Source: Octopus sinensis (lineage: Eukaryota). Taken from it: a DNA stretch of 64,000 nucleotides. Positions 51,001 through 60,738 of the stretch are shown here, in pieces (position 1 is the stretch's first letter; every line of letters starts with the position of its first letter). The position numbers were made by a program, and so were the translations under genes. The notes below the pieces were generated by a model, which was given only the letters and a program-made list of their open reading frames with translations, was not told the origin of the DNA and searched no databases. The stretch lies in NCBI RefSeq assembly GCF_006345805.1, contig NC_042998.1, positions 92,318,001 to 92,382,000 of the forward strand, read 5' to 3'.

Positions 51001-54000
51001 AGTTATGTTTAATAAAAAAATAACTTATTTACCTAAGTTTTAACATCATATCCTTCGAAATAGTCAACTTGCACAGCAATACACCAGTTCAAGCATTCCT
51101 GTCACTGTTGGAATCCAGCCTGGAAGTTGTTTTCCATAAGCAAGTCAAGGAACTTCTGTGATTCACTCTCGATCTCAACAACAGTGTTAAAACAGTGACC
51201 TTTGAGCTGCATTTTCATCTTGGGAAAGAAATGGATGTCTGCCGGTGCTAAATCTCATGAATAGGGAGTGATAGCATGCTGCTTTTGGTGAGAAACTCAC
51301 AAGTGAGGAGAGTTTGGTGACAGAGTGCATTTTTGGTGTGAAGAATCCAGTTCTTTGTGCCCTACAGATATGGCACTTTTGCCAAATGTCATCCCTCAAA
51401 CGCTTCAAAACAATACAGTAGAACTCTCAATTGATGGCCTGGCCCTGAGGAATGAATTCTTGATGTACAATACTGCAAATGTCAACAAATAAAAAACAAT
51501 CAGCATGCTCTTGATTGAGCTGTGGTAGTCATGCCTTCTTCAGTCATAGAGATGAAGGGCTCTTCTACTGTTGCTTTGTCTCAGAGTCGTACCTGTAGAC
51601 CTCACTCTCATTACCAGTAATGATCCTCAATATGAAGAATGAGTCATCAGCGCCATGCTGACAAACATTGACATGATGTTCTTCCTGCTCATTGGTCAGC
51701 AGGTGGGGGACAAACTTGGCAGAGACACGCCACATTCAGACGTTAAGATTGCCTGCATGGATCCATAAGACAGACCAACATCAGCAATGTTGTTGATTGT
51801 CCTCCAATGATCCTTATGCACAAGCTGATGAATTTTCACCACATTTCCAGGGATGTCACTCAAGGCAGGTCTTCCAGATTATTCATCATCTTCCAGGGAT
51901 GTTCTCCTGCTTTTGTAGAGTCCATGCCACTCAAAACATTGTGTATGACCCATTGCCTTGTTGCCATAAGCTTACCAAAGCATGCTCAATGTCTCTGTAG
52001 CAGATTTCCCAAGTTTAATGCAATATTTCATGTTGGCTCTTTGTCTCAGCTTCTTGTCATTGACAAAATTGCAGACTACAGCATACACATGATCACAAAA
52101 ACACAAATTTCACACACACACACATATATATATTATATATACGATGGGCCTCTTTCAGTTTCCATCTACAAAATCCACTCACAAGGCTTTGGTCAACCTG
52201 AGGCTATAGTAGAAGACACTTGCCCAAGATGTCATACAGTGGGACTGAACCTGGATATCTACTACATATGTGGGAAATTCTGTCTGTGGGTGTGTTTTTG
52301 GAACTGTTAGCTAACTCCTCCAACACAGTTTTATCGATTTCGATGAACCTTGACATGTGAGTAGAACTCATGTCTGGAAACCTCATGGCATACTCAGATT
52401 GTTGGAAAAAAATCGATAATTATTATAATAGGGCACCTGGAAGAGATCCTTATATATATCTAATATATTTTATTTCAAAAACCAACAGAAATAACCCTTG
52501 GAAGGGAACCTTATATATAGCCAAGGTAAATAACCCATTCATTTTCCTAAATTATTTGGTAAAAATGAAACTGAGTATGCTTATTTCTTAGTATTTGAAC
52601 TGTTAGTTATGTTCACAATTTATCCAGTACAACCCTTAACCAAGTAAATAGTATTTTCCTAAACAATAGATCCACTTATTTTGGTTAGTGACTTATTCAT
52701 GAATACACCAGTACTAGCACCCCTGAGGGTAATATACTCAAGGAATGCACAAAAGCCCTTTTCAGAGTTATTTTCTTTGAATTGTTATTATCTCATATCT
52801 GATTAGCCTATTATTACGTAACATACGTTTTAGTATACATACCTTATTAGTATACATACGTAACATACGTTTTAGTATACATACCTTATTAGTATACATA
52901 CCTTATTAGTATTTCCTCCTATGTTCTATATACTCTGGGAATGCATTAAAGCCCTTTTTGGGGCTACTTTATTTGAATTCTTAATATCAGGTAACTAATT
53001 TCATGTTATTACATAACTGACTTCACAATTTGGGTATTCATAACTTATTGGGAATTCCTAAAAACAAGATCCTGTGTAAGACACTTCGGTATTCTCTGTA
53101 AATGCACAAAAAACGTTTTAAGGGCTATATACTTTGCATTGTTGTTATTGGTTTAGTGAAACAATTATGAGAATGGAATCAAGGGATAAGCCCCGCTTTC
53201 CTGGGAATTGTCGGGTATGTCAGCTAGTATATATACAGTGACGGCCAAAATGTTCAGAACAGCATTGTTTTCGTCAGAAAAGTAAGTATAAGTTTTTATC
53301 AAAGTAGTTTTATATTCTATAATTTTCACAGACAATAAATACAATATTAATTGTTATTGTCTGAGATTGTGGTGTAATTTGAGAGGATAATACAAAAGTT
53401 GTGGATGATTTAGGGATTTACTGCAAAACCCATGGCGGCCAAAATGATCAGAACGGTTGAGAAAAATAACAAAATAATCAAAAATGACAGAGAATACTGG
53501 AATTATTTAATATTTAGTGTGAAGCCCTTTAGCTTCAATCACACTCTGACATCTTCGACTGCATGAGGAAATTAAATTTTCAATTTCTTGCTGGGTGATC
53601 TTATTCCATTCTTCCTGAAGGGCATTTCATAATTGCTCAGTTGTTTTAGGATTACTGGCTTTCGAACGTTCTCCTAGAATATTCCATACATTTTCAATAG
53701 GATTGAGATCTGGGCTTTGAGCAGGCCAATCCATAACAATAACCTTTTCAGCCTTGAGGAAGTTTTTGACCACCTTAGCCTTGTGACATGGGGCATTGTC
53801 CTGCATGAATATGGGTGGTCGCTTAGTTGAATTTCTCAGCACAGGCAAGACATGATCTTTTACAAGTTGTTTATAAACTCTTGCATTTATCTTTCCATGT
53901 AATCGCACCAAAGGGCCCACACCATCTCCAGATATCATCCCCCAAACCATGACACTTCCTCCACCGAATTTAACACTAGTCTTAAGGCATTTAGGTGACA

Positions 54001-55045
54001 ATTTTTCACCTACTTTTCCCATCTGAGCCAAATAACATAAACTTAGATTCATCACTGAAATGCACCATCTGCCATCTTTCTTGAGACCACAACACATGTT
54101 CGGTTGCAAAGGTAAGACGACACTTTTTATTCTTGGAGCTGATCAGTGGCTTCACTGTAGGTGCTCTTGCTTGTAGGTCATGTTCAACTAAACGATGAGA
54201 CAGTTTTTCGAGATAAAGTTTTCTTCAATACAATGCTCATTTTCCGAGAAACAGCAGCAGCAGTTTTAAATCTGTCCTTTTTAACCAACTTTACCATAGC
54301 ACGATCTTCTCTTTGGTCGTTTTTCTTGGCCTACCTGTAAACTTTCTTGCTTCACACGAACCACAATCATCGTAGACCTTAAGAATACCGTGTACAACAC
54401 TTTTTGACTTGTTAACAATCTTTGCAATAGATCCACTACTTAAATTATCCTTCCTTCGAAGCTTAATAATCTGCTGACAAATTGGTAACAGAATAAGTGG
54501 CATTATATTAACAAAGTACACAACAAATATTCTTACTAATGTTTAGTAAACAAATTCAAAACATTAGAGTTCGCCGGTTAAATATACTAAAACACGAAGT
54601 AAAAGCAACCGTTCTGATCATTTTGGCCGCTATGGGTTTTGCAGTAAATCACTAAATCATCCATAACTTTTGTATTATCCTGTCAAATTACACCAAAATC
54701 TCAGGCAATAACAAATAATATCGTATTTATTGTCTGTGAAAATTATAGAATATAAAACAACTTTTGTTAAAAAAATATATCTACTTTTCTGACGAAAACA
54801 ATGCGGTTCTGAACATTTTGGCCGCCACTGTATATATATATATATATATATATATTGTTGAATGCTCGAAATGAGTAGACAGCCAACAACTGATGAAAGG
54901 TCATTCTCTGTGTTACTTGTCCTATTTTCCATTATTTCTCTCATTGTTTGTGTAATTAATTCACTGTTTTCGAACTTGATGCTGTTTACACAGTTGGTGA
55001 TGTCCTGTACCCATATATGCATATAGATATTATTTATATTATTAT

Positions 55046-55080
<35 letters not shown>

Positions 55081-55305
55081 ATATGTATATATATATTATT
55101 CTTTACTCTTTTACTTGTTTCAGTCATTTAACATACTGGAGCACCGCCTTTAGTCGACCCCAGGACTTATACTTTGGAAGCCTAGTACTTATTCTATCGG
55201 TCTGTTTTGCTGAACTGCTAAGTTACGGGGACATAAACACACCAGCATCGGTTGTCAAGCAATGTTGGGGGGACAAACACAAATATATACACACACACAC
55301 ACACA

Positions 55306-55354
<49 letters not shown>

Positions 55355-57976
55355 TACGATGGGCTTCTTTCAGTTTCTGTCTACCAAATCCACTCACAAG
55401 GCTTTGGTCAGCCCGAGGCTATAGTAGAAGACACTTGCCCAAGGTGCCACGTAGTGAGATTGAACCCGGAACCAAGTGGTTGGTAAGCAAGCTACTTACC
55501 ACACAGCCACAGCTATATTATTTATATTACCATATTTATATATATATATATATATATATAGTTTTGTCATGCGGATTCTTAAGACTCAAGGCCCATACAC
55601 AAATACAACAGGTCTCATTCAATTTCCATCAACCAAATCCACACACAAAGTTCTGGTTGGCCCAAAGCTATAGTAGAAAACATGCAATTGGTCTGAACTT
55701 GGAACCATGTAGTTGAGAAACAACCCTCTTACCACATAACCATGCCCTTTTCTTTTACATGATATGGTGGTGAAGTTGTAGATATAGCTGATGTTTGATA
55801 ATTATTTCACTGGACAGAATTTAATTTCAGAATTAGGCTATAATGGTTTTCTAAAAGTAGTTACCGCAATTTAACAATTATTGATAATGATCATATTCCC
55901 AAAATGTAAATTTTTTGATAACATGAATTATTAATACATTAATAATATCATTAATTTTTAGAATCATTATTTTGAAATTTAATGATTATGAAAATTATGA
56001 ATCAATTATAAAATTTCAAGCAGCAGAAGAAAAAAAATGGTAAAGAAACAGCTCCCTAGTAAATTTTGCTGAAAAATATTCTCACTGGGTTATTTGACTA
56101 AATATTTCTTTACAAATACTCTAATTTAGAACCAAATAAGTTCTTGTCTTTTATCTTTTAATTGTTGCAGTCACTGGACTGCAGCCATTTTGGACACCAT
56201 TCTAAAGAGTTTAGTTGAACAAATTGACCCTAGTACTTACTCTTTTGCTTGAAGTTTGGTACATATTCTATTGATCTCTTTTGCTGATCCACTAAGTAAC
56301 CAGTTAAGTGGTAGTGGGAAGGTATGACTGAAACAGAACCAAAGACACACAAGTTTCTTCCAGTTTCCATTTATCAAATTCACTCACAAGTCATTTGTTG
56401 GCCAGAATCTATAGCAGAAGACACTTGGCCAGGGTACTGCACAGTGGAATTGAACCCATAACCACATAGCTGTGCAGCAAGCATCTTCACTACACCATCA
56501 TACCATTATGAATGGGCAAACATATATCTTACAAATTCTGTACGTTTTCTGTTTCCATGTGTAATTCTTTGTAATATTCTTTATACTTGCTTTTATTTCT
56601 CATTCACTTTTTTAAAGAAATAATAATAATATACACTTTAAAGCAATCACACAACAAAAACTGGTTTAGACAAATACTATTTGACATCCACCACAACCAC
56701 CACCATCCAACCTGTTCCCATTATTTCAACCAAACGAATTCTTTACAATCAATATAAAACAATACACTACACATCACAATGCACAACACGCTCATCTCTA
56801 GCCCCAACCCAAATGTACAACACAAAAACAGATACTTTTAACACAAACTTACACCTTGTTAAACACCATCTAAAACAAACCAGACAGACATTCCCTCATT
56901 ACATTATCTGGTAGACATAGTGATGCTCATAAAAAAAACAAAAAAACCCACTAAACACAACAAAATAAATGAAGCATTCAGATCACTGATACACACATAC
57001 AGAAACAGTTGCAGAGCAGCTGGTAATACAATAGAAATATTACAGACAAATAATATACTATGAAGATGAGTATCAAAGATATCAACACACCACCCACTGT
57101 TCAAGAACGCAAGATTCTGTAGTATAACTATACATATAACTAACCACTACACTCACTAAGGTATTTGCAAGGCATAATTGCCTCCTAAATTTGTCATAAC
57201 AATTAAAATAATATTAGTCATTGATTAATGTCATTTCCCCTTTGAAAAATTATTTCTAATAAGCTGCTTAATACTTGGTGTGTTAAGTATGTTAACACCA
57301 ATGACTATTGCTTTTCCATGCAAACATCACTGAGCTTTCTGTTTTTCCATAATATGATTCAGTGTTTCAATTACATCTACAAAAATACACACACATATTT
57401 TCGCAACTATAATCAAAGACATTTTGGACATCATGGAAGGAGACAGATGATTTTATCACTAATTGAGAGGTGATGACAGTTGATAAGACAGAGGCACTCT
57501 TATCAGCTGATGCTGATAGCAATGGATTAGATCAAAATGTTCAATTTTTTCTCTTCAGGAAATATTTAAAAAAACAACAAAATGCATCAACATTAACGGT
57601 TGATTAAAACATCCAACACATGCTTTACTGATTCACAACATATCCAATGAGTGAAGTGAGAAACTGTCACAGCAATCATAAAATATCATTCATGATAATT
57701 AGCTTTATTAACTGCTGCTAATTTCAGAGTTTCCTTTTTTTTTTGTTTTTCTTTGGACTTATTTCTAAATTTAATGACACTAAAAGCAAAGTCATAAGAA
57801 ACAAATTTATAACATTTACCTCAAAATTGTGATTTTTTTTTTTTTTTTTTGAATTGTACATCAAGTTCATATTCAATTTTAACTTACATTGCTCTGGTTT
57901 GATTTCTGCTATTTTCTGATGCCATTGTTTCCAGTTATCACAGCAGCAAGGTTCATGGGCTTCACCTAAACAATTC
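1890..57976 (-). CDS. ANKIB1: ANKIB1-like RBR E3 ubiquitin ligase (ankyrin repeat and IBR domain-containing protein 1), 5'-partial, 12 coding exons in window
   Basis: The spliced translation reads [18 protein letters not shown]...[63 protein letters not shown]...[20 protein letters not shown]...[14 protein letters not shown]. This closely follows vertebrate ANKIB1 as I recall it. All 11 introns are GT-AG and phase-compatible. Confidence 0.93.
3570..4950. repeat. Cluster of about 6-7 diverged ~200-bp SINE copies, mostly head-to-tail
   Basis: The unit ggcacaaggccagcaatttt..attgaccccagt..ggtactta..gaaaggcaaag..tttgaactcagaa..aagcatttt..ttctgccagctc recurs near 3575, 3764, 3980, 4210, 4537 and 4755. 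An inverted partial lies near 4410-4510. Confidence 0.8.
5286..5464 (-). CDS. ANKIB1: ANKIB1 exon, low-complexity tail ([20 protein letters not shown]...LSNILN)
   Basis: 179 nt, phase 2-1, open. Acceptor attttctag, donor gtaatt. Supplies the phase needed between its neighbours. Confidence 0.83.
5660..5891. mobile_element. piggyBac-like MITE
   Basis: TTAA|CCCTTTAGCATT ... AATGCTAAAGGG|TTAA: a 12-bp perfect TIR with a TTAA target duplication. Confidence 0.8.
6577..6697 (-). CDS. ANKIB1: ANKIB1 exon with second UIM-like motif ([30 protein letters not shown]...)
   Basis: 121 nt, phase 1-2. Acceptor ttttctgttgtag, donor gtatac. Confidence 0.85.
8932..9057 (-). CDS. ANKIB1: ANKIB1 exon, Cys/His-rich ([42 protein letters not shown])
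   Basis: 126 nt, symmetric phase 1-1. Strong acceptor tgtgttttttag, donor G|gttgga. Open in the expected frame. Confidence 0.78.
9673..9844 (-). CDS. ANKIB1: ANKIB1 exon with UIM-like motif ([43 protein letters not shown]...)
   Basis: 172 nt open frame. Acceptor tttctttccag, donor gtattt, phase 0-1. Confidence 0.88.
9963..10868 (-). mobile_element. mariner-family transposon relic, internally deleted
   Basis: Inverted termini of about 31 bp (tgatgtggtatcaaatggttcccagaatagt / actagtctgagaactttttgataccacctca), flanked by TA. The ORF remnant [37 protein letters not shown]...[10 protein letters not shown] matches the mariner N-terminal HTH. Confidence 0.88.
11031..11243 (-). CDS. ANKIB1: ANKIB1 exon ([27 protein letters not shown]...[22 protein letters not shown])
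   Basis: 213 nt, phase 0-0. Acceptor atttcag, donor gtaagt. Confidence 0.94.
11380..11522 (-). CDS. ANKIB1: ANKIB1 exon, Ariadne domain ([42 protein letters not shown])
   Basis: 143 nt. Acceptor ttaattgcag, donor gtatat. Confidence 0.94.
14768..14837 (-). CDS. ANKIB1: ANKIB1 exon ([23 protein letters not shown])
   Basis: 70 nt. Acceptor ctatgtag, donor gtaagt. The TAKEKM motif is shared with ANKIB1. Confidence 0.9.
15663..15885. mobile_element. TTAA-CCCTT (piggyBac-like) MITE, diverged
   Basis: Starts ttaaccctt. Internal sequence matches the copies at about 27680-27830, 42294-42514 and (inverted) 40578-40793. Confidence 0.6.
17394..17480 (-). CDS. ANKIB1: ANKIB1 exon, start of Ariadne domain ([29 protein letters not shown])
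   Basis: 87 nt, phase 0-0. Acceptor atttctaag, donor gtaagt. Lies within ORF 17292..17561. Confidence 0.93.
21221..21425 (-). mobile_element. SINE, well-preserved copy of the family clustered at 3570-4950
   Basis: Complete ~200-bp unit with a B-box-like GAGTTCAAAT on the minus strand. Other copies lie at about 16875-17050, 20430-20570, 46660-46815 and 62400-62750. Confidence 0.75.
21489..21623 (-). CDS. ANKIB1: ANKIB1 exon, RING2 second half ([29 protein letters not shown]...)
   Basis: 135 nt, phase 0-0. Acceptor ttttttag, donor gtaatt. Confidence 0.95.
22102..22232 (-). CDS. ANKIB1: ANKIB1 exon, RING2/Rcat first half with catalytic Cys ([23 protein letters not shown])
   Basis: 131 nt. Acceptor gtttttag, donor gtaagt. 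Contains the canonical RBR GCNHM motif. Confidence 0.95.
23810..23982. repeat. Compound (TA)n/(CA)n microsatellite
   Basis: Direct reading of the sequence. Confidence 0.95.
25330..26073 (-). mobile_element. RTE LINE 3' end, same family as 1-438, with 3' UTR
   Basis: atgtcctcagcagtcacagccca is shared with 43-65. The minus strand encodes degenerate ..[35 protein letters not shown]. Confidence 0.8.
29960..30130 (-). mobile_element. Further tRNA-derived SINE family fragment
   Basis: aagtgttttgctcaagaatacaa..ggaatcaaacccac..taaccactaggccatgcacc; a homologue lies at about 60310-60440. Confidence 0.6.
33389..33456. repeat. (CA)n(TA)n microsatellite
   Basis: Direct reading of the sequence. Confidence 0.95.
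37208..37345 (-). mobile_element. mariner terminal fragment (TIR + transposase C-terminus)
   Basis: TA followed by ttgggttggcaactaagtt, a mariner-type TIR. The minus strand reads ..[17 protein letters not shown], like the mariner C-terminal RW..C...G.Y motif. Confidence 0.6.
37551..37644 (+). mobile_element. 5' part of a tRNA-derived SINE interrupted by the Penelope-like element
   Basis: Matches the head of the SINEs at 41864 and 44565. The SINE sequence resumes at 39645 (actatagcctc). Confidence 0.8.
39427..39488 (+). other. tRNA-like (Pol III A/B box) cassette in the PLE 3' end; not a functional tRNA
   Basis: A-box TGGCGTAGTGG, anticodon-like arm ggg-ctactaa-ccc and B-box-like GAGTTCAATT. 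There is no 3' acceptor strand. Confidence 0.6.
39483..39550. repeat. Perfect 29-bp inverted repeat with 10-nt (AAT) loop
   Basis: aatttcgaacctgttgttgtcgccgtcat (39483-39511) is the exact reverse complement of 39522-39550. Confidence 0.97.
40578..40793. mobile_element. piggyBac-like MITE
   Basis: TTAA|CCCTTTCGTTACC ... GGTATTGAAAAGG|TTAA. Confidence 0.7.
41864..42262 (+). mobile_element. Full-length tRNA-derived SINE with internal (TG)/(TA) microsatellite
   Basis: Head gtggctgtgtggtaagaagcttg..ggttcagtcccactg; tail gcagtcaaatgactgaaacaagtaaaaga. Many homologues occur in the window. Confidence 0.85.
42294..42514. mobile_element. piggyBac-like MITE, diverged
   Basis: Flanked by TTAA, with imperfect TIRs ctcttttggtacc / ggtaaccaaagtg. 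Homologous to the 15663 copy. Confidence 0.6.
44163..44565 (-). mobile_element. Full-length, CpG-rich (young) tRNA-derived SINE
   Basis: Reverse complement of the 41864-42262 family. Retains many CpGs. Confidence 0.88.
48288..48720 (-). mobile_element. Repeat sharing the RTE 3' tail, ending in (GAT)n
   Basis: catcatcatttaacatcc..ccatgctggcatgggttg..ggatgctcttcctaacaccaac..gtgctttttatgt resembles 25340-25450, 41415-41620 and (inverted) 13030-13215 and 60880-61075. Confidence 0.65.
49098..49420 (+). mobile_element. RTE/BovB-like LINE 3' end, degenerate
   Basis: Reads ..[46 protein letters not shown] and ends in a taagtaagta tail. Confidence 0.7.
50641..50802 (+). repeat. 162-bp direct duplicate of 49282-49443
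   Basis: Ungapped alignment by eye, with only scattered substitutions. Confidence 0.9.
50971..52113 (-). mobile_element. mariner relic, same family as 9963-10868, one end lost
   Basis: Begins TA+tgaggtggtatcaaaaagttctcagactagt, the exact reverse complement of 10836-10868. The minus strand has [20 protein letters not shown] (the mariner ITGDE.W..YDPETK motif). The copy stops at a CA repeat/SINE. Confidence 0.85.
52258..53227 (+). mobile_element. Putative non-autonomous Helitron
   Basis: A|TCTACTAC 5' end and ...gtcgggtatgtcagCTAG|T 3' end, i.e. inserted at A^T with no TSD. It has a subterminal tctgtctg..atcgatttcgatgaac core and internal tandem repeats, and it cuts the preceding SINE abruptly. 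Confidence 0.62.
53236..54830 (-). mobile_element. Tc1-family (DD34E) transposon with IR/DR ends, near full length
   Basis: TA|CAGTG ... CACTG|TA termini. The ~225-bp TIRs (53236-53459, 54606-54830) each carry two ggccaaaatg(t/a)tcagaac direct repeats. Confidence 0.95.
53507..54503 (-). pseudogene. Tc1 transposase pseudogene
   Basis: HTH + [31 protein letters not shown]-(34 aa)[11 protein letters not shown]. Has frameshifts and a TGA at 53627-53629 where Trp is expected. Confidence 0.92.
55101..55512 (-). mobile_element. tRNA-derived SINE, same family as 44163-44565
   Basis: Near-collinear with the 44163 copy, with an expanded internal (TA)n. More diverged copies lie at about 6030-6190, 13600-13940, 17666-17830, 26636-27010, 41080-41415, 52114-52256, 56150-56500, 58871-59252 and 61927-62085. 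Confidence 0.85.
57888..57976 (-). CDS. ANKIB1: ANKIB1 exon, end of IBR domain ((W)[29 protein letters not shown])
   Basis: 89 nt. Acceptor ttttcctaacag, donor gtaagt. Its final T joins TA of the next exon to give Leu. Confidence 0.92.
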
Positions 57977-58039
57977 CTGTTAGGAAAAAAAAAAAAGAGT
58001 TCAAATTAATTTAATTATTCATCTTAGGTTCCTAATACA

Positions 58040-58370
58040 GAGCAGAATAAGTTGGAAAGACAGGGTAACAAATGTTGCAGTAGCATAAAAGCTGAAAGTG
58101 TAAAGATACCTACTGCAAAGAATCAAGTCCACAAAGCTATTATATTTTGGAGATACAACATACTATGAGTCATTGCCCAAAACCATCCAGACAGGAAGTG
58201 TTGAGGGAAGAGAGTAAAAGGCCATCAAAGACATCTGTGAATTGACAACATCAAAGAATGAAATGGAAACAAGAACCTGAATGATTGAAAGTATGCAGCA
58301 TAACACAGAAGGAACTGGAGAGCCATGGCAAGCTGACCTTGGACATACGAAGGCACCTGGCTGATGGTTT
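58040..58370 (+). mobile_element. RTE/BovB-like LINE 3' fragment, degenerate
   Basis: Reads RISWKDRVTNVAV..LLQRIKSTKLLYFG..LPKTIQTGSVEGR..IDNIKE..RRNWRAM. Confidence 0.7.
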
Positions 58371-58410
58371 AATTCATGATGTATAGTTATTGCACTAACT
58401 GATTTAGGTA

Positions 58411-58865
58411 CTGTAAATCCTCAGGTATAGTCCACCCTTGAGTATAATATGCAGGGGATTTTTAGGGGGCTGTACCTCTGAAAAACCTAAACCATGTGTA
58501 TAATATGCACCCCTTCTCTAACTTGAGTCAAGGAGGTCTATATAATGTCCTTTGTTTATAAAAATGTATACGGTAACGTCCTTTATTATTATTGTATATA
58601 TAACATAATGCAAACGTGTAGCTTTTTTGTGTATTTTGTTAGCAGAAAATAAAGAAATAACAGTAATAACGTTTAATAAATGTTGCTTACTGCAAGTTAT
58701 GGATGATTCACAAAATCATCTGAATAAACATTACTGGACAGTAAATAGAGACTCGGACATTGCTTAGAGAATATTTTTCATTTTTAACCTTGTATATAGT
58801 ATGCACTAGGGATTTTGACCTTTAAATTTTGGGGAAAAATGCGGATTATACTCGAGGATTTACAA
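58411..58865. mobile_element. Tc1/mariner-superfamily (Tc2/pogo-like) MITE
   Basis: TA|ctgtaaatcctcaggtatagtccac ... gcggattatactcgaggatttacaa|TA: imperfect TIRs, with an internal gtataatatgca repeat. Confidence 0.75.
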
Positions 58866-59984
58866 TATATCTTTTATCCTTATTTCTGCCATTAGACTGC
58901 AGCCATGTTGGGGCACTGACTTGAAAATATTTTAGTTGAAGGAATTGACTCCAATATTAATTTATTTTAAAACCTGGTACTTATTCTATTGGACTCTTTT
59001 ACTGAACTGCTAAGCTATACACCAACACCAAGTGTTGTAGGAGACAAACACAGACACAAAGATAAACACACACACACACATATATATATACACAACAGAC
59101 TTTCAGTTTCCATCTACCAAATCTACTCACAATGTTTCATTGGTCTGAGGCTACAGTAAAAGACATTTGCCCAAGGTGCCACACAGAGGGACTGAACCCA
59201 GAAGTATGTGGCTGAGAAGCAAGTCCCTCAACATGCAGTTATGTCTGAGCCTATATTTACTGTATACTTACTAAACATAATAGTCTGACCTATGCAAGGC
59301 TAGTGGCAGCTTGGATTTGATTGTAGTACATAGAAGTAAAATGGATAAGGAAAAAAATCAATGTTGTCAAGTACTTCCTTCTAAAATGAATTTTTAATTA
59401 TATCACAAAATGAATAATTGAACAGAATCAAAAGTATATTTTAATGAAATCATATCACCTCCACTTAAGCCATAACAAAACCTTATGAATATTTTATCAT
59501 ACAGACCATAAGGTTTTCTTACAGTGACAGAAATTCTAAAGGAAAAATATAGTGAATACGCCAATCTGAATACATGGTTAACATTTATTTTGGTTGTGTG
59601 CCATTTCTTTCACTACCATCTTTGTCATAATCATCATTGTAATTATTGTTCTGGTGTTCACTTTTCCATGCTTGCATGGGTCAGGTGAAATTCGTTGAGA
59701 CAGGTTTTCTATGACCAAATGCTCTTTTGTTGCCAATCCTCATTTGTTTCCAAGTAAGGCAGTATGTACCCATGACTGGACATGTTTTCAAGGATAAATG
59801 ACATTGCTTGTATGACGGTGATACTTATTTACAACTACCACACAATGCAAAGTCAAGGAAACACAATCACGTATGTGTCTATGTATGTATGTATGTATGT
59901 ACGTCTCTTCTATTTTTTAATAATTATGAATCATCCACTGAATGGGGAACCAGTTTCCAACAAAGATACAAGGCTCCATCATGC

Positions 59985-60017
59985 ATGCATGTATTTATGT
60001 ATGTATGTGTGTGTGTG

Positions 60018-60057
<40 letters not shown>

Positions 60058-60078
60058 GATGGATGCATGCATGTATGT
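59985..60078. repeat. (TATG)/(TG)n microsatellite
   Basis: Direct reading of the sequence. Confidence 0.95.
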
Positions 60079-60493
60079 AGAAACTAGATTCCATCAGTCA
60101 TGAATGACCATGGGCGGGCACACCTAAGAGGTTCCCTTCCAGGGTACAAGTCTGGGTGGAAAGTTGCCTCACTGGTGAATGCACTACCTAGGGTTGTTTT
60201 TATGGAAGACCAGCAGTCACCCATGCATACTAGCCTCTCATTTCCATACCACTGATGTTATCCAAGGGAAAGGCAAAGGCTGATAGAGCCTGGCACCAGT
60301 GATGTCACAACTCATTTCTACAGTTGAGTGAACTGGAACAATGTTAAAGTGTCTTGCTCAAGAACATGCAGCCCAGTCTGGGAACTGAACTCACATCATG
60401 ATTGTAAGCTTGACGCTCTAACCACTGGACCATGTGCCTTCACACACACATATATATATACATATACAAACACACATACATACACCCATATAG

Positions 60494-60738
60494 CAGTGGT
60501 TCCCAAAGTGGGCAATATTGCCCCCTTGGGGGTGGAAAATGCCAAGGTGACATTAAAAAAAGTGGGGTGATAATGGGGTAGCAATTCACGTAAAAACAAA
60601 ATAATGGGTTCATTAGGTTAAGTTTTATTTGTGAAATACAGTTACTTTGAATTTGCTTCAGAAAGAGGTCTATGTTTGTGATAGTTAGTTGGGGTGGGGG
60701 CACTAGGAATGTGGCTTGAAAAAGTTTGGGAACCATTG
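60494..60738. mobile_element. hAT (Charlie-like) MITE
   Basis: TIRs cagtggttcccaaa / tttgggaaccattg. The 8-bp TSD is not preserved. Confidence 0.7.
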
